Shown here one piece after another: positions 62,305-64,000 of a stretch of 64,000 nucleotides of DNA. The DNA comes from Hypanus sabinus (Eukaryota). The notes beneath the pieces were generated by a model. It was not told the origin of the DNA. It did no database searches and saw nothing but the letters and a program-made list of their open reading frames with translations. Each line of letters opens with the position of its first letter. Position 1 is the first letter of the stretch. The translations under genes and the position numbers were made by a program. The DNA lies in contig NC_082712.1 of assembly GCF_030144855.1 (NCBI RefSeq), positions 18,104,001 to 18,168,000 of the forward strand, read 5' to 3'.

Positions 62305-63187
62305 TCAACACACACAAAATTCTGGAGGAACTCAGCAGACCAGGCAGCATGTATAGAAAAAAGTAGTGTTGACATTTGGGCTGAAACCCTTTGGCAAGAC
62401 TGGAGAAAAAATGCTGAGGAGTAGATTTGAAAAGTGGGGGGTGAGGGGAGAGAGAGAAAAATGCCAAGTGACAGGTGCAACTTGGAGGGGGAGGGGTGAA
62501 GCAAAGAGCTAGGAAATTGATTGGTGAAAGAGCCAGAAGGCCATGGAAGAAAAAAGAAGGGGGTGGGGTCTAGGAGTACCAGAGGAAGGCGATGGGTGTG
62601 TTAGGAGATAAGATGTGAGAGGGACCAGGGGGTGGGAAATGGAGAAGTGGGGGTGGGGGTGGTGGAGGCATTACTGGAAGTTTGAGAAATCAATGTTCAT
62701 GCATTCAGATTGGAGGCTACCCAAAGGGAATATAAGGTGTTGTTGTTCCTCCAACCTAAGTGTGGCCTTATCCCGACAGTGGAGGAGGCCATGGATGGAC
62801 TTATTGAAATGGGAATGTGAAGTGGAATTAAAATGGGTGGCCACTGGGAGATCAAACCATAGCAAACGGAATCTCCAAACACTAGAACCATCCTACCCTC
62901 CCTCCATTTCCCATCTTGCCTCCCTCACCTCAACTCACCATTCAACTTCCTAGCACTTTGCTTCATCCCTCCCTCTCCAAGTTTCACCTATCACCTTGCG
63001 TTTCTCTCTCCCCTCTCCCCACCTTTCAAATCTACTCAGCTTTTTTTCTGCAGTCCTGCCAAAGGGTTTCAGCTAGAAACATTGACTGTGCTTTTTTCCA
63101 TAGATGCTGCCTGGCCTGCTGAGTTCCTCCAGCATTTTGTGTGTGTTGATCTGGTTTCTAGCATCTGTAGATTTTCTCTCATTTGTG
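62305..63187. mobile_element. Penelope-like insertion with inverted (tail-out) architecture and perfect 13-bp TSD
   Basis: TSD atttacaaattat at 62292-62304 and 63188-63200. Minus arm encodes DLPVATHFNSTSHSH..RLEEQQHLIFPLGSLQSECMNIDFSNF; plus arm ~62895-63187; each arm has a hammerhead-like motif. Confidence 0.92.
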
Positions 63188-63499
63188 ATTTACAAATTAT
63201 AGTTGTGAATTGGAGACATTATTCAGTTATTCACCAGTTTAAAAGCAAATTTTAAAAATCCAATGATTTCTTTAAAGGCTGCTGGTTGTGCCAAACAGTC
63301 AAAGCCGGTTAAGATCTAAGGCATTATATGGAAGATGCTCAATTTGAAGTGGAAGTGCTCAGCAGGTTGGATAGCATCTGTAGAGCAAGGATAAGATGAG
63401 CTAACATTGCACATAAATGAGAGTGACTGACTGTTCCCTTCATTGCTGCCTGACCTGCTGAGTTCCTCCAGTACTCTGTGTGTGTATTTGTTATCAGAA

Positions 63500-63655
63500 C
63501 ATAAACATAAGAAATGGAAGGAGGAGTAGGCCATCAACCCCGGCAAACCTGATCTGCCATTTGATAAGATTATGGCTGATCTGACCATGGACTCAGCTCT
63601 ACCTACCGGCTTTTCCCCATAACCCTTACTTCCCCTGGTGTCCAAAAATCTATCT
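63500..63655 (-). mobile_element. CR1 3'UTR fragment
   Basis: cataagaaatggaaggaggagtaggccatc..gattatggctgatctg. Confidence 0.7.
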
Positions 63656-63894
63656 CTGTCTCAAAGACAATCTATGCCGGTTAATTAGGACACATCAGTA
63701 CCATTACATGTTGGCCCAATTAAGTGGTTACCCCAATTAGCCAAAGTTTCATGGAAATAGATAAAAAGGTATTTTAAAAAAAGGCTACGTGAGTAATAAG
63801 TTATTTAAATGAAATACAGAAGGAATCATTCAACAGTGTTATAAAACTGCACAGTTATCAAGGGAGGAATTCATCCAGTGTATACACAAAATAT

Positions 63895-64000
63895 ACTGCA
63901 GATGCTGTGGTCAAATCAAACATACAAACAAGCTGGAGGAACTCAGCAGGTTGGGCAACATCCGTAGAAACGAACAGTCAACATCTCGGCCCGAAACATT
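63895..64000. mobile_element. Penelope-like inverted termini, cut by the window edge
   Basis: ctgcagatgctg..gctggaggaactcagcagg (minus), then ctcggcccgaaacat (plus). Confidence 0.7.

Noticed and set aside
1-64000. Intact autonomous transposon, CRISPR array, rRNA or further host exons
   Set aside because: All TE ORFs are broken, there is no regularly spaced repeat-spacer array and no rRNA motifs, and no downstream GalNAc-T exon (e.g. RKDWHDY) is visible after 50750.

Overview
This is vertebrate nuclear DNA and about three quarters of it is decayed transposable elements. The repeat set (CR1 LINEs with an SGNH-esterase ORF1, Rex1/Babar LINEs, HE1/V-SINE-type SINEs, Penelope-like elements) points to a cartilaginous fish, probably a ray; that is an inference from recalled repeat families. 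I can support one host gene: the first coding exon of a polypeptide GalNAc-transferase, most likely GALNTL6 (+, 50616-50750). It lies in a CpG island at about 49.0-50.8 kb, and its next intron runs past the end of the window. The rest is intergenic or intronic, with a near-full-length IR/DR Tc1 element, a Tigger4/Zombi-like element split over about 6 kb by nested insertions, two solo LTRs with clean TSDs, Gypsy remnants, MITEs and SINEs. The most notable unlabelled signal is a family of about a dozen Penelope-derived pieces carrying a minimal type I hammerhead ribozyme motif. Several are only 100-150 bp, have their own target-site duplications and begin right at the ribozyme core. A diverged ~130 bp duplicate of GALNTL6 upstream sequence also shows position-dependent CpG decay. 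All family assignments come from motif recognition by eye; no database search was run, and boundaries without a TSD or TIR are approximate.
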